A stretch of 64,000 bases of DNA from Candidatus Latescibacterota bacterium (GCA_965116885.1 OZ220741.1:918932-982931), one strand, 5' to 3'; shown: positions 18,207 to 28,802, counted from the first letter of the stretch. Notes: generated from the letters alone by a model not told the origin. A program made the numbers and translations.

Positions 18207-19307
18207 TTATCGTATCTCATGCACGGGCAAATACACCCGGAAGGTCGTTCCTCTTTCGGGAAGACTCTCGACGTCAATATGCCCTCCGTGCTGATAAATG
18301 ATGCGCTGGGCAATAGACAGTCCCAACCCGGTACCCTCATCTTTTGTCGTATAATAAAACTCGAAAATGCGATCCACCTCTTCTTCGGGAATCCCGCATC
18401 CCGTATCTGTAAGCATCAAACACACCTGCCCTGACTCGGTTTGTGTTCGGGCAACCAAATCCCCACCAGTGGCCATAGACTGAAAGGCATTCACCACAAT
18501 ATTGAGCACGGCTTGACCGAGTTGGTCTTCATCTCCATTAATCGCGGGCAGACCGTCGGAAAGTTCCAGACACAACACAACCTCGCGCTCGCGTGCTTCG
18601 GGCGAGACCAGCTCAAAAACGCGGCGAACCACATCGTTGAGAGACACCTGCCGCAAATGGAGTTTGGGCGTACGCGAAAAACGCAAAAAATTATACACAA
18701 GGCGGTCGAGCCGTTTCATCTCTGTCTGTGCAATATTGAGCCGTCCCACAAGACGCTCTTTTAAGACACTTGCCAACTCGCCCAGGTCTTCTTCCAACAA
18801 CTGCAATTGAATATCAATCGCCCCCAGAGGATTGCGCACTTCATGGGCAACAGAAGCGGCCAAACGCCCCAACGCCGTCATCTTTTCAACTTGAAAAATC
18901 TCCCACTCCATCCGCTTTATCTCAGACACATCGCGCACCGCCAGCACCAGCCCGGACCGCGTATCTGCATCTAAAAACGAAGTACTCACGCGCAAATGTT
19001 GCAATCCACCATCGGCATTGTGGTGTACCAGATCCGTATCTGACACCAGTACTTTTTTCTTTATACCCTCGTTCAAAATCCGCAACAACTCAGGGCGTTG
19101 GGCAAAGAGCACCTCTGGCGATGCGCCACAAACAGCCTGTTTGTCCCACCCCATCAACGCAATCAGATGTGTATTGGCCATCACGGCCCGATGTGTTTTG
19201 TCAAAAGCCACGATGCCCTCCCCCAGCCCCTCCAGAATAGAAGCACTATAATCCATAGCCATGTCCATGCGCGTTCTCCAAAGGATAGACGAACCCCGCC
19301 CCACCAC
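18207..19307 (-). CDS. PAS-domain sensor histidine kinase (cognate of the NtrC-type regulator)
   Basis: A PAS-like N-terminus, an H-box HEVRNPLGAID, and G1/G2 boxes GTGLGLSIAQRII. Confidence 0.85.
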   Translation of the reverse strand: MVGRGSSILWRTRMDMAMDYSASILEGLGEGIVAFDKTHRAVMANTHLIALMGWDKQAVCGASPEVLFAQRPELLRILNEGIKKKVLVSDTDLVHHNADGGLQHLRVSTSFLDADTRSGLVLAVRDVSEIKRMEWEIFQVEKMTALGRLAASVAHEVRNPLGAIDIQLQLLEEDLGELASVLKERLVGRLNIAQTEMKRLDRLVYNFLRFSRTPKLHLRQVSLNDVVRRVFELVSPEAREREVVLCLELSDGLPAINGDEDQLGQAVLNIVVNAFQSMATGGDLVARTQTESGQVCLMLTDTGCGIPEEEVDRIFEFYYTTKDEGTGLGLSIAQRIIYQHGGHIDVESLPERGTTFRVYLPVHEIR

Positions 19308-19312
19308 CTAAC

Positions 19313-19340
19313 GGGCGGGCACAGGGGCACCGCCCCTACA
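19313..19340. repeat. REP-like hairpin repeat gggcgggcacaggggcaccgcccctaca, with upstream extension gacgaaccccgccccaccacctaac shared with the copy at 25470-25524
   Basis: Read directly from the sequence. Confidence 0.8.
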
Positions 19341-19442
19341 TCGATTCGCTGATTATTGTTAATTTTCCATATTTCTACCCAAAGCGCAAGCCCAAATATC
19401 TTGACACTTATACATTTGGCGTGATATTATTAACCTTTAGTT

Positions 19443-21110
19443 ATGAAAAACACAGAACAAAACCTCTATCGCGTACTCACCACCCAGCGCGCAAGCCTGT
19501 TATCCGAATGGCAAAAACGCGTCCGCCGCACATCTGACTTACAACTGCGCGAAGATTTTGATGGTCACACGCCCGACGATGTGCTCGAAGAGTTCTTTGA
19601 TCTAATAGTCAAACAGATCACCACCAAACAGGATTATCACCTGCTCCGCCAGCGCGTCTTTTCAGGCGAAATCAATGCTTTTACCCCCGATGCGGCTTGT
19701 CGATTGCTCATTGCGCTCAAAAAAACTGTTTTAGAACGCCTGGAAAATTTCACGCACAATGCCGAAGCCATATTTGACGAAATCTTGCTGCGCATATCGG
19801 CGTACTACCACGAAATGCGCTATCGAAACCTGGCGCGCGATCAATCTCAAAGCCTGCGCCAGCGCAATGTCGAAATCGCCCGCCTCCTCGCAGTGGAAAA
19901 ACAGCGCGCCGCGCACCTGACCACCAACAATCGCATCGCTCAAATGGCCCTATCAACCCTCGACCCGGATGAAATTTTCAGACGCATTGTACACGAAGTG
20001 CAACAGAGTTTCAATTACCAGCATGTCTCACTTTATTTTCTCGAAACACATTCTAACCAGATGATCATGAAAGCCAGAGCCGGTGTTTACGAAAAGCACT
20101 TCCCCGAAGGGTATCGCCAAAATGTGGGCGAAGGTATCGTAGGCCATGTCGTCGCGTCTGGCAATCCCATCATGGCCAATGACGTGGCCAATGACCCCAG
20201 GCGCATCATTGCTTTTCCGCAGGAAAAAAACACGCGATCAGAACTCTGTGTGCCAATCAAAACAGCAGACCGCGTATTGGGCGCACTCGATGTGCTCAGT
20301 CGCAAAAAAAATGGCTTTAATTGGACCGATGTGCAATCGCTAATGGTCTTGACCGATCAACTGGCATGGGTCATCCACAACGCGCATCTCTTTCAGGAAA
20401 CGCGAGAACTCCAGGACGAACTCGTACAATCGGAACGCCTGGCCGTAATCGGCGAAATGTCTGCGCGCATAGCACACGAGATTCGCAATCCACTCGCGAC
20501 AATTGGCGGCTTTGCGCGCTCTCTTCAGCGCGCGCCAACGCCCCACCGCATCGACACGGCATCGCGCATCATATCTCAGGAAGTCACGCGCCTGGAAGAG
20601 CTACTGACCGACATCCTCAACTACACGCGGCCGCGCAAGCTCGAACTCGAACCCGTCAATCTCCCGGACCTCATCGCCGATGTCTATCATCAGGTTGGCG
20701 AGGGCCTCGAGGACCGGGGCATCGCCTACCGACAAAACGCACCATCTAATCTGCCCGAAACACCCGTGGATGCCGCACAGTTTAAGCAGGTACTCATCAA
20801 CATCTTCAAAAACGCATTTCAAGCAATGCCCAATGGCGGCAAGTTGCACGTCCATATCCGAAAAAAAGAGGATCAGCCACATATCGAAATAGAAATACGA
20901 GATACGGGACCGGGGATTCCCGCCGAAATTCAGAACGAAATTTTCAAGCCCTATTTCACCACCAAAACCACGGGTACAGGTCTCGGATTGGTCATCAGCA
21001 AACAAATCGTCGAGCGCCACGGCGGAACCCTCTCATTCACGAGCCACAGCGGTTCTGGCACCACCCTCTTCATCCATCTCCCCGATCTCTCCTCAAGGAA
21101 ACCATTATGA
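19443..21110 (+). CDS. GAF-domain sensor histidine kinase
   Basis: 555 aa with a GAF-like middle region, an H-box HEIRNPLATIGGF, and an HATPase domain GTGLGLVISKQIVERHGG. Confidence 0.85.
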   Translation: MKNTEQNLYRVLTTQRASLLSEWQKRVRRTSDLQLREDFDGHTPDDVLEEFFDLIVKQITTKQDYHLLRQRVFSGEINAFTPDAACRLLIALKKTVLERLENFTHNAEAIFDEILLRISAYYHEMRYRNLARDQSQSLRQRNVEIARLLAVEKQRAAHLTTNNRIAQMALSTLDPDEIFRRIVHEVQQSFNYQHVSLYFLETHSNQMIMKARAGVYEKHFPEGYRQNVGEGIVGHVVASGNPIMANDVANDPRRIIAFPQEKNTRSELCVPIKTADRVLGALDVLSRKKNGFNWTDVQSLMVLTDQLAWVIHNAHLFQETRELQDELVQSERLAVIGEMSARIAHEIRNPLATIGGFARSLQRAPTPHRIDTASRIISQEVTRLEELLTDILNYTRPRKLELEPVNLPDLIADVYHQVGEGLEDRGIAYRQNAPSNLPETPVDAAQFKQVLINIFKNAFQAMPNGGKLHVHIRKKEDQPHIEIEIRDTGPGIPAEIQNEIFKPYFTTKTTGTGLGLVISKQIVERHGGTLSFTSHSGSGTTLFIHLPDLSSRKPL

Positions 21111-21469
21111 AAAACATCCTCATTGCCGACGACGACCAAAATCTGGCACTGCTCTACGAGCAAGAACTCACCGATGAAGGGTATCGCGTCGATGTGGTTC
21201 ACGACGCGCAAACCGCGATTGAGCGCGTCAAAGACAATCCGCCAGACCTCTTAATACTCGACATTCGAATGCCCGGCATGGACGGCATTGAAGCTCTCAA
21301 CCACATTCTGGGGATAAACAACCAGTTACCCGTTATTCTCAACACCGCTTATAGCAATCACAAAGACAATTATCTCACCTGGTCAGCCAATGCCTATGTG
21401 GTCAAGTCATCGGACCTGTCAGAACTCAAAACCGCCATAAGCGATGTGCTGAACGGTGAAAGGTCTTGA
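21107..21469 (+). CDS. single-domain response regulator (CheY-like receiver)
   Basis: LIADDD...DLLILDIRMPGMDG. Its ATGA start overlaps the stop of the kinase gene. Confidence 0.85.
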   Translation: MKNILIADDDQNLALLYEQELTDEGYRVDVVHDAQTAIERVKDNPPDLLILDIRMPGMDGIEALNHILGINNQLPVILNTAYSNHKDNYLTWSANAYVVKSSDLSELKTAISDVLNGERS

Positions 21470-22670
21470 CATGCCCGATGATACGCTAACCATGATCCTC
21501 GCCGGAGGCCAGGGGTCGCGGCTTTATCCCCTCACGCGCAATCAGGCCAAACCCGCCGTGCCCTTCGGCGGCATGTACCGCATCATTGACTTTACCCTCT
21601 CCAACTGCCTCAACTCCAACTTGCGCCGCATCTATGTTCTCACGCAATACATGTCAACATCTCTCGACCGGCATTTGCAACGCGGCTGGTCCATTTTCAA
21701 TCCCGAACTCGACGAATTTATCTTTGAAGTCCCGCCCCAATTCCGCCTTGCTGGCAACTGGTATCGCGGCACAGCCGATGCCATTTTTCAAAACATCGAC
21801 ATCCTCGAACGCGAGCGTCCCGATCGCGTCCTCATCCTGGGCGGCGACCATGTGTACAAAATGGATTACAGCAAGATGCTCGCCTTTCACAACAACGCAA
21901 ATGCCGATCTCACGGTAGCCTGTATTGAAGTACCCATCAAAAATGCCACTGAATTGGGCGTCATGGCAATCGACGATGAATCTCGCATTGTCGGCTTTGA
22001 AGAAAAACCCGACCACCCCAAACCCACACCACACAATCCCAATCTCGCCCTGGCCTCAATGGGCATCTACATCTTCAGCACAGAAGTCCTCGTGCGCCAA
22101 CTCTCCGAAGATGCCAAACGCGACACAGCCCACGACTTTGGGCAAAACATCATCCCCTCAATGGTCGATTCGGGACGCGTCTTTGCGTACAACTTCAAGC
22201 ACGGCAATCGCAATTCGACCGTGTACTGGCGCGACATCGGCCTTCTCGACGCGTACTGGGAAGCCAACATGGACCTCGTTTCTGAAACCCCCGAATTCGA
22301 CCTGCACGACCCGAACTGGCCCATCCGCACACATGCACATCCATATCCGCCTTCGCGCCTGCACATTCGACCGCAAAACAGTTCTCTTCTCGTCGTAGCC
22401 CAGGGATGTGTTATTGCCAATGCGCGGGTCGAGCGCTCAGTCATCTCTGCAGGTGTTCACATAGACTCCGGCGCACAGGTTACCGATTCGGTGCTCATGG
22501 AAGGCGTCAAAGTCGGTGCCAAAGCCCAACTCCACCGCGTCATCGCCGATGAAGGCGTCGTCATTCCAGACGGTGCCCAAATTGGGATTAACCGCGAAGA
22601 CGACCGCCAGCGGTTCACAGTCACAGATAGCGGCGTCGTAGCCATTTCCAAAGGATTGCCCATTGAATAA
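21456..22670 (+). CDS. glgC: glucose-1-phosphate adenylyltransferase
   Basis: ILAGGQGSRLYPLTRNQAKPAVPFGGMYRIIDFTLSNCLNS and a C-terminal left-handed beta-helix. It overlaps the receiver gene by 14 nt; the start may be the internal MPDD. Confidence 0.9.
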   Translation: MKGLDMPDDTLTMILAGGQGSRLYPLTRNQAKPAVPFGGMYRIIDFTLSNCLNSNLRRIYVLTQYMSTSLDRHLQRGWSIFNPELDEFIFEVPPQFRLAGNWYRGTADAIFQNIDILERERPDRVLILGGDHVYKMDYSKMLAFHNNANADLTVACIEVPIKNATELGVMAIDDESRIVGFEEKPDHPKPTPHNPNLALASMGIYIFSTEVLVRQLSEDAKRDTAHDFGQNIIPSMVDSGRVFAYNFKHGNRNSTVYWRDIGLLDAYWEANMDLVSETPEFDLHDPNWPIRTHAHPYPPSRLHIRPQNSSLLVVAQGCVIANARVERSVISAGVHIDSGAQVTDSVLMEGVKVGAKAQLHRVIADEGVVIPDGAQIGINREDDRQRFTVTDSGVVAISKGLPIE

Positions 22671-25332
22671 ACAAATCCCCATATGTGATACCCTCCAACG
22701 CGATCTTCTCAACGAAAAAAAAAGATTCGACACCTGGCCCACCGAACGCCTGTCGTATTTGCGAACCTATCTCGACACCGCCTGGGAAACGATTTATGCG
22801 CACCACCAGAGCGGGGCATCGGGCAACGCTGTGGTGGCAGCACTCACACAGCGCGTCGATACACTCATCCAGGCACTGTATGCCGAAGCGATTGAAGAAC
22901 ACGGTGAACCAACCGGATTTGCCGTAATCGCGCAAGGGGGATATGGCCGGGGTGCGCTCAATCCCCACTCGGATATCGACCTGTTATTTCTCTTCAAAAA
23001 AAAAGTCCATGAAGGCGACCCCATAACGCGCGCGATTCTCCACACCCTGTGGGATCTGCGATTTGACGTGGGATACAGCACGCGCACCCTGTCCGATTGC
23101 ATCACTGCAGCACAAGACGACACCGATTCCATGACAGCAATGCTCGAAACGCGCCATCTCGTGGGTGATCCCACCCTGAAGACCCACCTGCAAGACGCCC
23201 TTGCGCGGCGGTTCTTTGGTCGGCGTGCGAGCGGTTTTATCAACAAAAAAATTCAGGAACGCATCCAACGACACAGCAAATTCAAATTTTCAACCCAACT
23301 CCTCGAACCCAATATCAAAGAAAGCCCTGGGGGATTGCGAGATATTCACACAGCCGGCTGGTTCTTAATGGCACGCCGCAGTATTCGCGCGCCCGAAGGC
23401 TTGCAAAAAAGCCATATACTCACCCGCAGAAATTACGAGATCTATGTCAAAGCCTTTGACTTCATGCTGCGCACGCGCAACGAATTACACTTCCACACGG
23501 GCAAATACTTTGACGTACTCGAACACGACCTTCAACTCATTATCGCCAAAAATTTGGGCTACCGGGACCGCGACAATGAACTGGGCGTCGAACACTTTAT
23601 GCGAGACTACTACACCCATGCGCGTGCAATCAAACACCTCAGCGACCTGATATGTGAACGTCTCAAAGGCCAATCTTCCACCGGCCGGGCTGTGGGATTG
23701 CTCACGCGCCGTCAACTCGACGACGGCTCTGTATTGCACCACACGCACATAGCCCTGCCCAAAAAGCGACGACATTTTTTTGACAACGCGCCCCATCGCC
23801 TCCTCTCCCTCTTCCTCAACGCGCAGCGATTTGGCGTCTCCCTCAATGAAGCGGCCAAACAGGGAATAAAAGACCACCTCCATCTCATCGACGACAGCTT
23901 CAGGTCTTCTGGACGCGCCAGTCGCATCTTTCTCGACCTCTTCCGCGCACCCGTCGGCATTGGCACCACCCTTCGCACCATGCACGAACTCGACGTTTTG
24001 GGCACTTACGTACCCGAATTCGGCAGCCTGACCTGCCTGGTACAATACAATCGCTATCACATCTACACGGCAGACGAACACACCCTGGTCGCTGTAGAGC
24101 GTCTCGATTACCTCGCGCGATCTCCTTCTTTGCCCCAAGATTTGCAGCACCTCAGACGCGTGTACAATGAAATCCCGAGAAAAGAGCTTCTCTATCTCGC
24201 CCTGATGATGCACGACGTGGGAAAATCTGTTCGCGACAAAGATCACAGCATTGTCGGTGCAGAAATGACACGGGACTTTCTCAAACGCCTTCAATTGCCC
24301 GATGACCAGATAGAAACCGTTGTTTTTCTCGTGCGACACCATCTTGCAATGTCCGCCATTGCCCAGCGCCGCGACCTGTCAGATCAGCGCATGATCGCCG
24401 AATTTGCCAGCACATTTTCACACCCCGATGTCTTGCGTATGCTCTATGTACTCACTTATGCCGACCTGTCTGCCGTCACACAAACTGCGTGGACCGCCTG
24501 GAAAGGTCACCTCTTGCGCGAACTCTACGAAAATACCTTTTATCTCCTCACACAAAGCGCCCAACCCAATCGCGAGCAACCCGAACCACAAGACATTCAA
24601 AAAATCCTCACTGCTCTGGAGTCGCGCATTCCATATCAGACCCTTGTCGAACACCTCAACAACATGCCCCCGCGCTATCCCGAACAAAACAGCCCGGAAG
24701 AAATTGCACAACACCTGCAACTCATCGACACAATGGGATCCTCGCTGGTCGCCGTTAACGTACAACCCGGCGGACTCTTTCTGGAAATCACCATCTGTAC
24801 GCACGACCTGCCCTTTCGCCTATCTGAAATTTGCGGTGTGCTGGCAACCCGCGACATCAACATCTTCAGCGCACACGCCTACACGCGCAACGACGGCACA
24901 GTCATCGACATCTTCCAGGTCACTTCCGATATGGATGATGACGCTGCATTACGGGAAAAAATTCAACAAACCCTGACCGATGTCTTTCAAAAAAAAGAGC
25001 GCGTATCAGACCTATTCGCCAATTACAGTCAGAGGTGGTCCCTGAAGCGTCAGCCCACAACTCCCATATCCCCTAAAATCACATTCGACAACAATGTTTC
25101 TATGCGCTCCACCGTCATCGATATCACTGCACAAGATGCAATAGGCCTCCTGTATCGCATCACGCGCACATTATCAGACCTTGGCCTCGACATCTACACC
25201 GCCCGCATTGGCACACAGGCAGACCGCGCTGTCGATGCCTTTTACATACGTAAAAATGGCGATAAAATCACAGACCCCGCACAGCTCGAATACATCACCC
25301 GCGAACTCACGCACGCGATTGAGAATCCGTGA
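22663..25332 (+). CDS. glnD: [protein-PII] uridylyltransferase/uridylyl-removing enzyme
   Basis: 889 aa with a nucleotidyltransferase motif GGYGRGALNPHSDIDLLFLF, an HD domain (LALMMHDVGK) and two C-terminal ACT domains. It overlaps the glgC stop by 8 nt. Confidence 0.9.
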   Translation: MNKQIPICDTLQRDLLNEKKRFDTWPTERLSYLRTYLDTAWETIYAHHQSGASGNAVVAALTQRVDTLIQALYAEAIEEHGEPTGFAVIAQGGYGRGALNPHSDIDLLFLFKKKVHEGDPITRAILHTLWDLRFDVGYSTRTLSDCITAAQDDTDSMTAMLETRHLVGDPTLKTHLQDALARRFFGRRASGFINKKIQERIQRHSKFKFSTQLLEPNIKESPGGLRDIHTAGWFLMARRSIRAPEGLQKSHILTRRNYEIYVKAFDFMLRTRNELHFHTGKYFDVLEHDLQLIIAKNLGYRDRDNELGVEHFMRDYYTHARAIKHLSDLICERLKGQSSTGRAVGLLTRRQLDDGSVLHHTHIALPKKRRHFFDNAPHRLLSLFLNAQRFGVSLNEAAKQGIKDHLHLIDDSFRSSGRASRIFLDLFRAPVGIGTTLRTMHELDVLGTYVPEFGSLTCLVQYNRYHIYTADEHTLVAVERLDYLARSPSLPQDLQHLRRVYNEIPRKELLYLALMMHDVGKSVRDKDHSIVGAEMTRDFLKRLQLPDDQIETVVFLVRHHLAMSAIAQRRDLSDQRMIAEFASTFSHPDVLRMLYVLTYADLSAVTQTAWTAWKGHLLRELYENTFYLLTQSAQPNREQPEPQDIQKILTALESRIPYQTLVEHLNNMPPRYPEQNSPEEIAQHLQLIDTMGSSLVAVNVQPGGLFLEITICTHDLPFRLSEICGVLATRDINIFSAHAYTRNDGTVIDIFQVTSDMDDDAALREKIQQTLTDVFQKKERVSDLFANYSQRWSLKRQPTTPISPKITFDNNVSMRSTVIDITAQDAIGLLYRITRTLSDLGLDIYTARIGTQADRAVDAFYIRKNGDKITDPAQLEYITRELTHAIENP

Positions 25333-25335
25333 AAG

Positions 25336-25476
25336 CACGAATAGACGAATAGACGAATAGACGAATAGACGAATAGACGAATAGACGAATAGACGAATAG
25401 ACGAATAGACGAATAGACGAATAGACGAATAGACGAATAGACGAATAGACGAATAGACGAATAGACGAATAGACGA
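25336..25476. repeat. perfect tandem array of an 8-bp unit (ACGAATAG) x ~17.5, immediately 3' of glnD stop
   Basis: Read directly from the sequence. The unit is not a multiple of 3, and the minus-strand track ORFs with SIRLFVY repeats are artifacts of it. Confidence 0.9.
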
Positions 25477-25496
25477 ACCCCGCCCAACCACCCAAC

Positions 25497-25524
25497 GGGC
25501 GGGCACAGGGGCACCGCCCCTACA
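25497..25524. repeat. REP-like hairpin repeat (gggcgggcacaggggcaccgcccctaca)
   Basis: Read directly from the sequence. It is flanked 5' by gacgaaccccgcccaaccacccaac, the same extension as at 19290. Confidence 0.8.
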
Positions 25525-25539
25525 TTGATGAACTGTTCC

Positions 25540-25660
25540 GAACCAGTTGTACCCCGTTCCGTTGATTCGCTGATGAACTGGCCTGAAAGACGGCCAGTTG
25601 TACCCCGTTCCGTTGATTCGCTGATTCGCTGATTCGTTGATTCGCGTTTCTTCTTTTTCT
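25540..25660. repeat. direct repeat (2 x ccagttgtaccccgttccgttgattcgctgat) followed by short tandem array of GATTCGCT-like units
   Basis: Read directly from the sequence. The GATTCGCT units are an imperfect inverted counterpart of the upstream ACGAATAG array. Confidence 0.75.
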
Positions 25661-25882
25661 TGACAAGCCACATTGTTTGTTTTACGTTTAGATCAACTTC
25701 AAAATGTATTCCCTCGCACTAATGCTCCGCATCCTGCCCCACAATCTTCCAAAGCACTGTTCTCCGTAGGCTTCGCAGTACCCCAATGATTTCGCACAAC
25801 ATTTGTTTTACATCCCCCACAGCATGTGTCGCTCGAGCATGCATTATTTCTCCCCTTTCCAACCCATCAGGAACCCCAAAAA

Positions 25883-27166
25883 ATGGCAATTACCGAAGAA
25901 AAATTGAACATGTTTGAGTTGCAGGAATGCAGCATACCCGAACTCAACAAACACGCGCAGGCTCTCAATATTCAAGGCTACAGCAGCCTGCGAAGACAAG
26001 AACTTATCTTTGCTATTCTCCAGAGCCAAACCGCCAAAAGTGGACGTATCTTCGCCCAGGGTGTTCTCGACATCCTCGAAGACGGATTTGGCTTCCTCAG
26101 ATCGCCAAAGTACAATTATTTGCCCGGTCCCGATGACATTTATGTGGGACACTCGCAAATCAAACGCTTCAACCTGCGAACTGGAGACACCATATCGGGA
26201 CATATTCGTCCACCGAGAGGTGACGAAAAATACTTTGCACTCATTCGCGTTGAGGCCGTCAATTTTGAAGATCCGGAAGTCGCGAAACAAAAAATTCTAT
26301 TTGACAATCTCACGCCACTGCACCCGGACGAACGCATTGACCTCGAGTACGACCCGCAGGACCTTTCCACTCGGATCATGAATCTCCTCACGCCAATTGG
26401 CAAAGGACAACGCGGCATGATTGTCGCCCCCCCGTTTACGGGCAAAACCATGCTCCTGCAAAAAATTGCCAACGCCATTACCAAAAACCATCCCGAAATC
26501 ACGCTTATTGTCCTCCTCATTGACGAGCGCCCCGAAGAAGTCACAGACATGATCCGTTCGGTCGAAGGCGAAGTCGTCAGTTCGACTTTTGACGAACCCC
26601 CGACCCGACATGTACAGGTCGCCGACATGGTCATAGAAAAAGCCAAGCGATTGGTCGAACACCAGCAGGACGTCGTCATCTTACTCGACAGCATTACCCG
26701 CTTAGCCCGGGCCTATAACACCGTCGCCCCACACAGTGGGCGCATTCTCTCCGGCGGTCTCGACTCCACCGCCATGCAGTGGCCCAAGCGATTTTTTGGC
26801 GCAGCGCGCAACATCGAAGAAGGCGGCAGCCTGACCATTCTGGCAACTGCTCTTGTCGAAACCGGAAGCCGTATGGACGAAGTCATCTTCGAAGAATTCA
26901 AAGGCACGGGCAACATGGAACTCAAGCTGGACCGTCGGCTCTCCAATCGCCGCGTCTTTCCCGCCATTGACGTATCCATGTCCAGCACGCGCAAAGAAGA
27001 ACTCCTGCTAAAAGAAAAAGAACTCAACCGCGTTTGGATCTTGAGAAAACTACTCAATCAAATGCAACCTCTGGAAGCGATGGAATTTTTCACAGAACGC
27101 ACAAAAGAAAACAAAACCAACGAAGACTTTCTCAATGCCATGAGCGAACCGATTCACGCCTTCTAA
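25883..27166 (+). CDS. rho: transcription termination factor Rho
   Basis: An N-terminal RNA-binding OB region, a Walker A motif [17 protein letters not shown] and RecA-like ATPase motifs. The start is taken as MAITEEKL. Confidence 0.9.
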   Translation: MAITEEKLNMFELQECSIPELNKHAQALNIQGYSSLRRQELIFAILQSQTAKSGRIFAQGVLDILEDGFGFLRSPKYNYLPGPDDIYVGHSQIKRFNLRTGDTISGHIRPPRGDEKYFALIRVEAVNFEDPEVAKQKILFDNLTPLHPDERIDLEYDPQDLSTRIMNLLTPIGKGQRGMIVAPPFTGKTMLLQKIANAITKNHPEITLIVLLIDERPEEVTDMIRSVEGEVVSSTFDEPPTRHVQVADMVIEKAKRLVEHQQDVVILLDSITRLARAYNTVAPHSGRILSGGLDSTAMQWPKRFFGAARNIEEGGSLTILATALVETGSRMDEVIFEEFKGTGNMELKLDRRLSNRRVFPAIDVSMSSTRKEELLLKEKELNRVWILRKLLNQMQPLEAMEFFTERTKENKTNEDFLNAMSEPIHAF

Positions 27167-27268
27167 GACATCTTCTAAAACCCGCGACTTGATTATTTTT
27201 TCGCATTTTGGTATATTCTTCAGCCTGTCTTTCTTTGAACAACATTCGAACAACTTGAGGACAATCGC

Positions 27269-27559
27269 ATGAAACCCAATATCCATCCAGAATACCGCGA
27301 CGTGATCTTTGAAGACGTCAGTGCCAACCCACCATTTCGGGTCAAAACGCGATCGACGCGCACCTCTGAAGAAACCATCGAATGGGAAGACGGCAACACC
27401 TATCCACTGATCAAAGTTGAAATCAGTTCCGCTACCCATCCGTTCTTCACGGGCAAGATGATGCTCGTTGACACCGCCGGTATGGTCGAACGCTATCGCC
27501 GCCGGTATGGTATTGAAGGCACTGAAGAAGAAAAGGAAGAAGAAAAAACGGACAGTTAG
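27269..27559 (+). CDS. rpmE: 50S ribosomal protein L31 (with acidic C-terminal extension)
   Basis: MKPNIHPEY...HPFFTG, followed by an unusual tail [14 protein letters not shown]. Confidence 0.85.
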   Translation: MKPNIHPEYRDVIFEDVSANPPFRVKTRSTRTSEETIEWEDGNTYPLIKVEISSATHPFFTGKMMLVDTAGMVERYRRRYGIEGTEEEKEEEKTDS

Positions 27560-27626
27560 CAACGCGATCCACATGAAAAAGGGTGAAACGGCCGCATGCC
27601 GCGACTGTTTCGCCCTTTTTGTATTA

Positions 27627-27706
27627 CGGGCGGGCACAGGGGCACCGCCCCTACGATGATATTATTATTCGATTTGTGTAGAAGGACAACCCCCTGTGGT
27701 TGTCCG
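27627..27706. repeat. inverted pair of REP-like hairpin repeats (gggcgggcacaggggcaccgcccctacg; ggacaaccccctgtggttgtcc), coordinates +/-2
   Basis: Read directly from the sequence. Confidence 0.8.
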
Positions 27707-27725
27707 CTCATCTGAAAGAACCACC

Positions 27726-28802
27726 ATGTTTGAACAACTCAAAACCATTGAAACCCGCTATTTCAAACTCGGCGAAGAAATGGCCAGACCCGAAGTTGCC
27801 GCAGACCCCAATCGCATTCGCAAACTCGGCAAAGAATATCGCGACCTCGAAGAAATCGTCACAACGTATCGCGACTACAACAAAGTGAGCGAAGACCTCG
27901 CCGAAGTAAATGACATCATCAGCACATCAGATGACGCCGAACTCGTCGATATGGCCCAAATGGAAAAAGAAGACCTCGCCCTGCGCGAATCAGACCTGTC
28001 CAACAAGCTCAAAATGCTCTTAATTCCCAAAGACCCCAACGACAGCAAAGACACCGTCGTCGAAATACGCGCAGGTGCGGGCGGAGACGAAGCCGCCCTC
28101 TTTGCCGCCGACCTCCACCGCATGTACTCGCGCTATGCGGAAAACACGGGGGGCCGCTGTGAAATCCTCAGCTCAAATCCCACGGGAATTGGTGGATACA
28201 AAGAGATCATCTTCTTAGTCGTTGGCAACGGTATCTACGGCAGGCTAAAATACGAAAGCGGGGTACACCGGGTCCAGCGCATTCCCGAAACCGAATCCAG
28301 CGGCCGCATCCACACCTCGACAGCCACGGTAGCCGTTCTTCCCGACGCAGAAGACGTCGATATAGACATCGATCTCAACGACCTCAAAATAGATGTCTTT
28401 CGCTCTTCGGGACCCGGCGGTCAAAGCGTCAACACCACCGACTCGGCAGTGCGCATCACCCACATGCCATCGGGTCTTGTGGTTACGTGTCAGGACGAAA
28501 AATCCCAGCACAAAAACAGAGCCAAAGCACTCAAAGTCTTGCGCTCGCGCCTGCTCGATCAGGCCATCCGCGAACAACAGGCAAAAACCGCCGCCGACCG
28601 CCGCTCTCAAATTGGCAGCGGCGACCGAAGCGCGAAAATTCGCACCTACAATTTCCCACAGGGACGCGTAACCGACCACCGCATCAAACTCACCCTGCAC
28701 AGACTTGAAAACATTCTGGACGGCAACATCGCAGAACTCATCGAAGCCCTTCGCCTCTCTGACCAAACGGAAAAACTCAAACAACAGGAACAAATCTTCT
28801 AA
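27726..28802 (+). CDS. prfA: peptide chain release factor 1
   Basis: A GGQ motif ([23 protein letters not shown]) and an RF1-type tripeptide region [13 protein letters not shown]. The start is taken as MFEQLKTIE. Confidence 0.9.
   Translation: MFEQLKTIETRYFKLGEEMARPEVAADPNRIRKLGKEYRDLEEIVTTYRDYNKVSEDLAEVNDIISTSDDAELVDMAQMEKEDLALRESDLSNKLKMLLIPKDPNDSKDTVVEIRAGAGGDEAALFAADLHRMYSRYAENTGGRCEILSSNPTGIGGYKEIIFLVVGNGIYGRLKYESGVHRVQRIPETESSGRIHTSTATVAVLPDAEDVDIDIDLNDLKIDVFRSSGPGGQSVNTTDSAVRITHMPSGLVVTCQDEKSQHKNRAKALKVLRSRLLDQAIREQQAKTAADRRSQIGSGDRSAKIRTYNFPQGRVTDHRIKLTLHRLENILDGNIAELIEALRLSDQTEKLKQQEQIF

Noticed and set aside
25336-25476. Regular short repeats that could be mistaken for a CRISPR array
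   Set aside because: The units are 8 bp with no spacers (pure microsatellite). The dispersed 28-bp REP hairpins are also not CRISPR, because the copies are scattered singly or in inverted pairs between unrelated genes with no cas genes.
25174-25673. Minus-strand ORFs encoding SIRLFVYSSIRLFVY... repeats
   Set aside because: They are translation artifacts of the 8-bp tandem array: the period is not a multiple of 3, there is no start or RBS context, and they are interrupted by the REP element.
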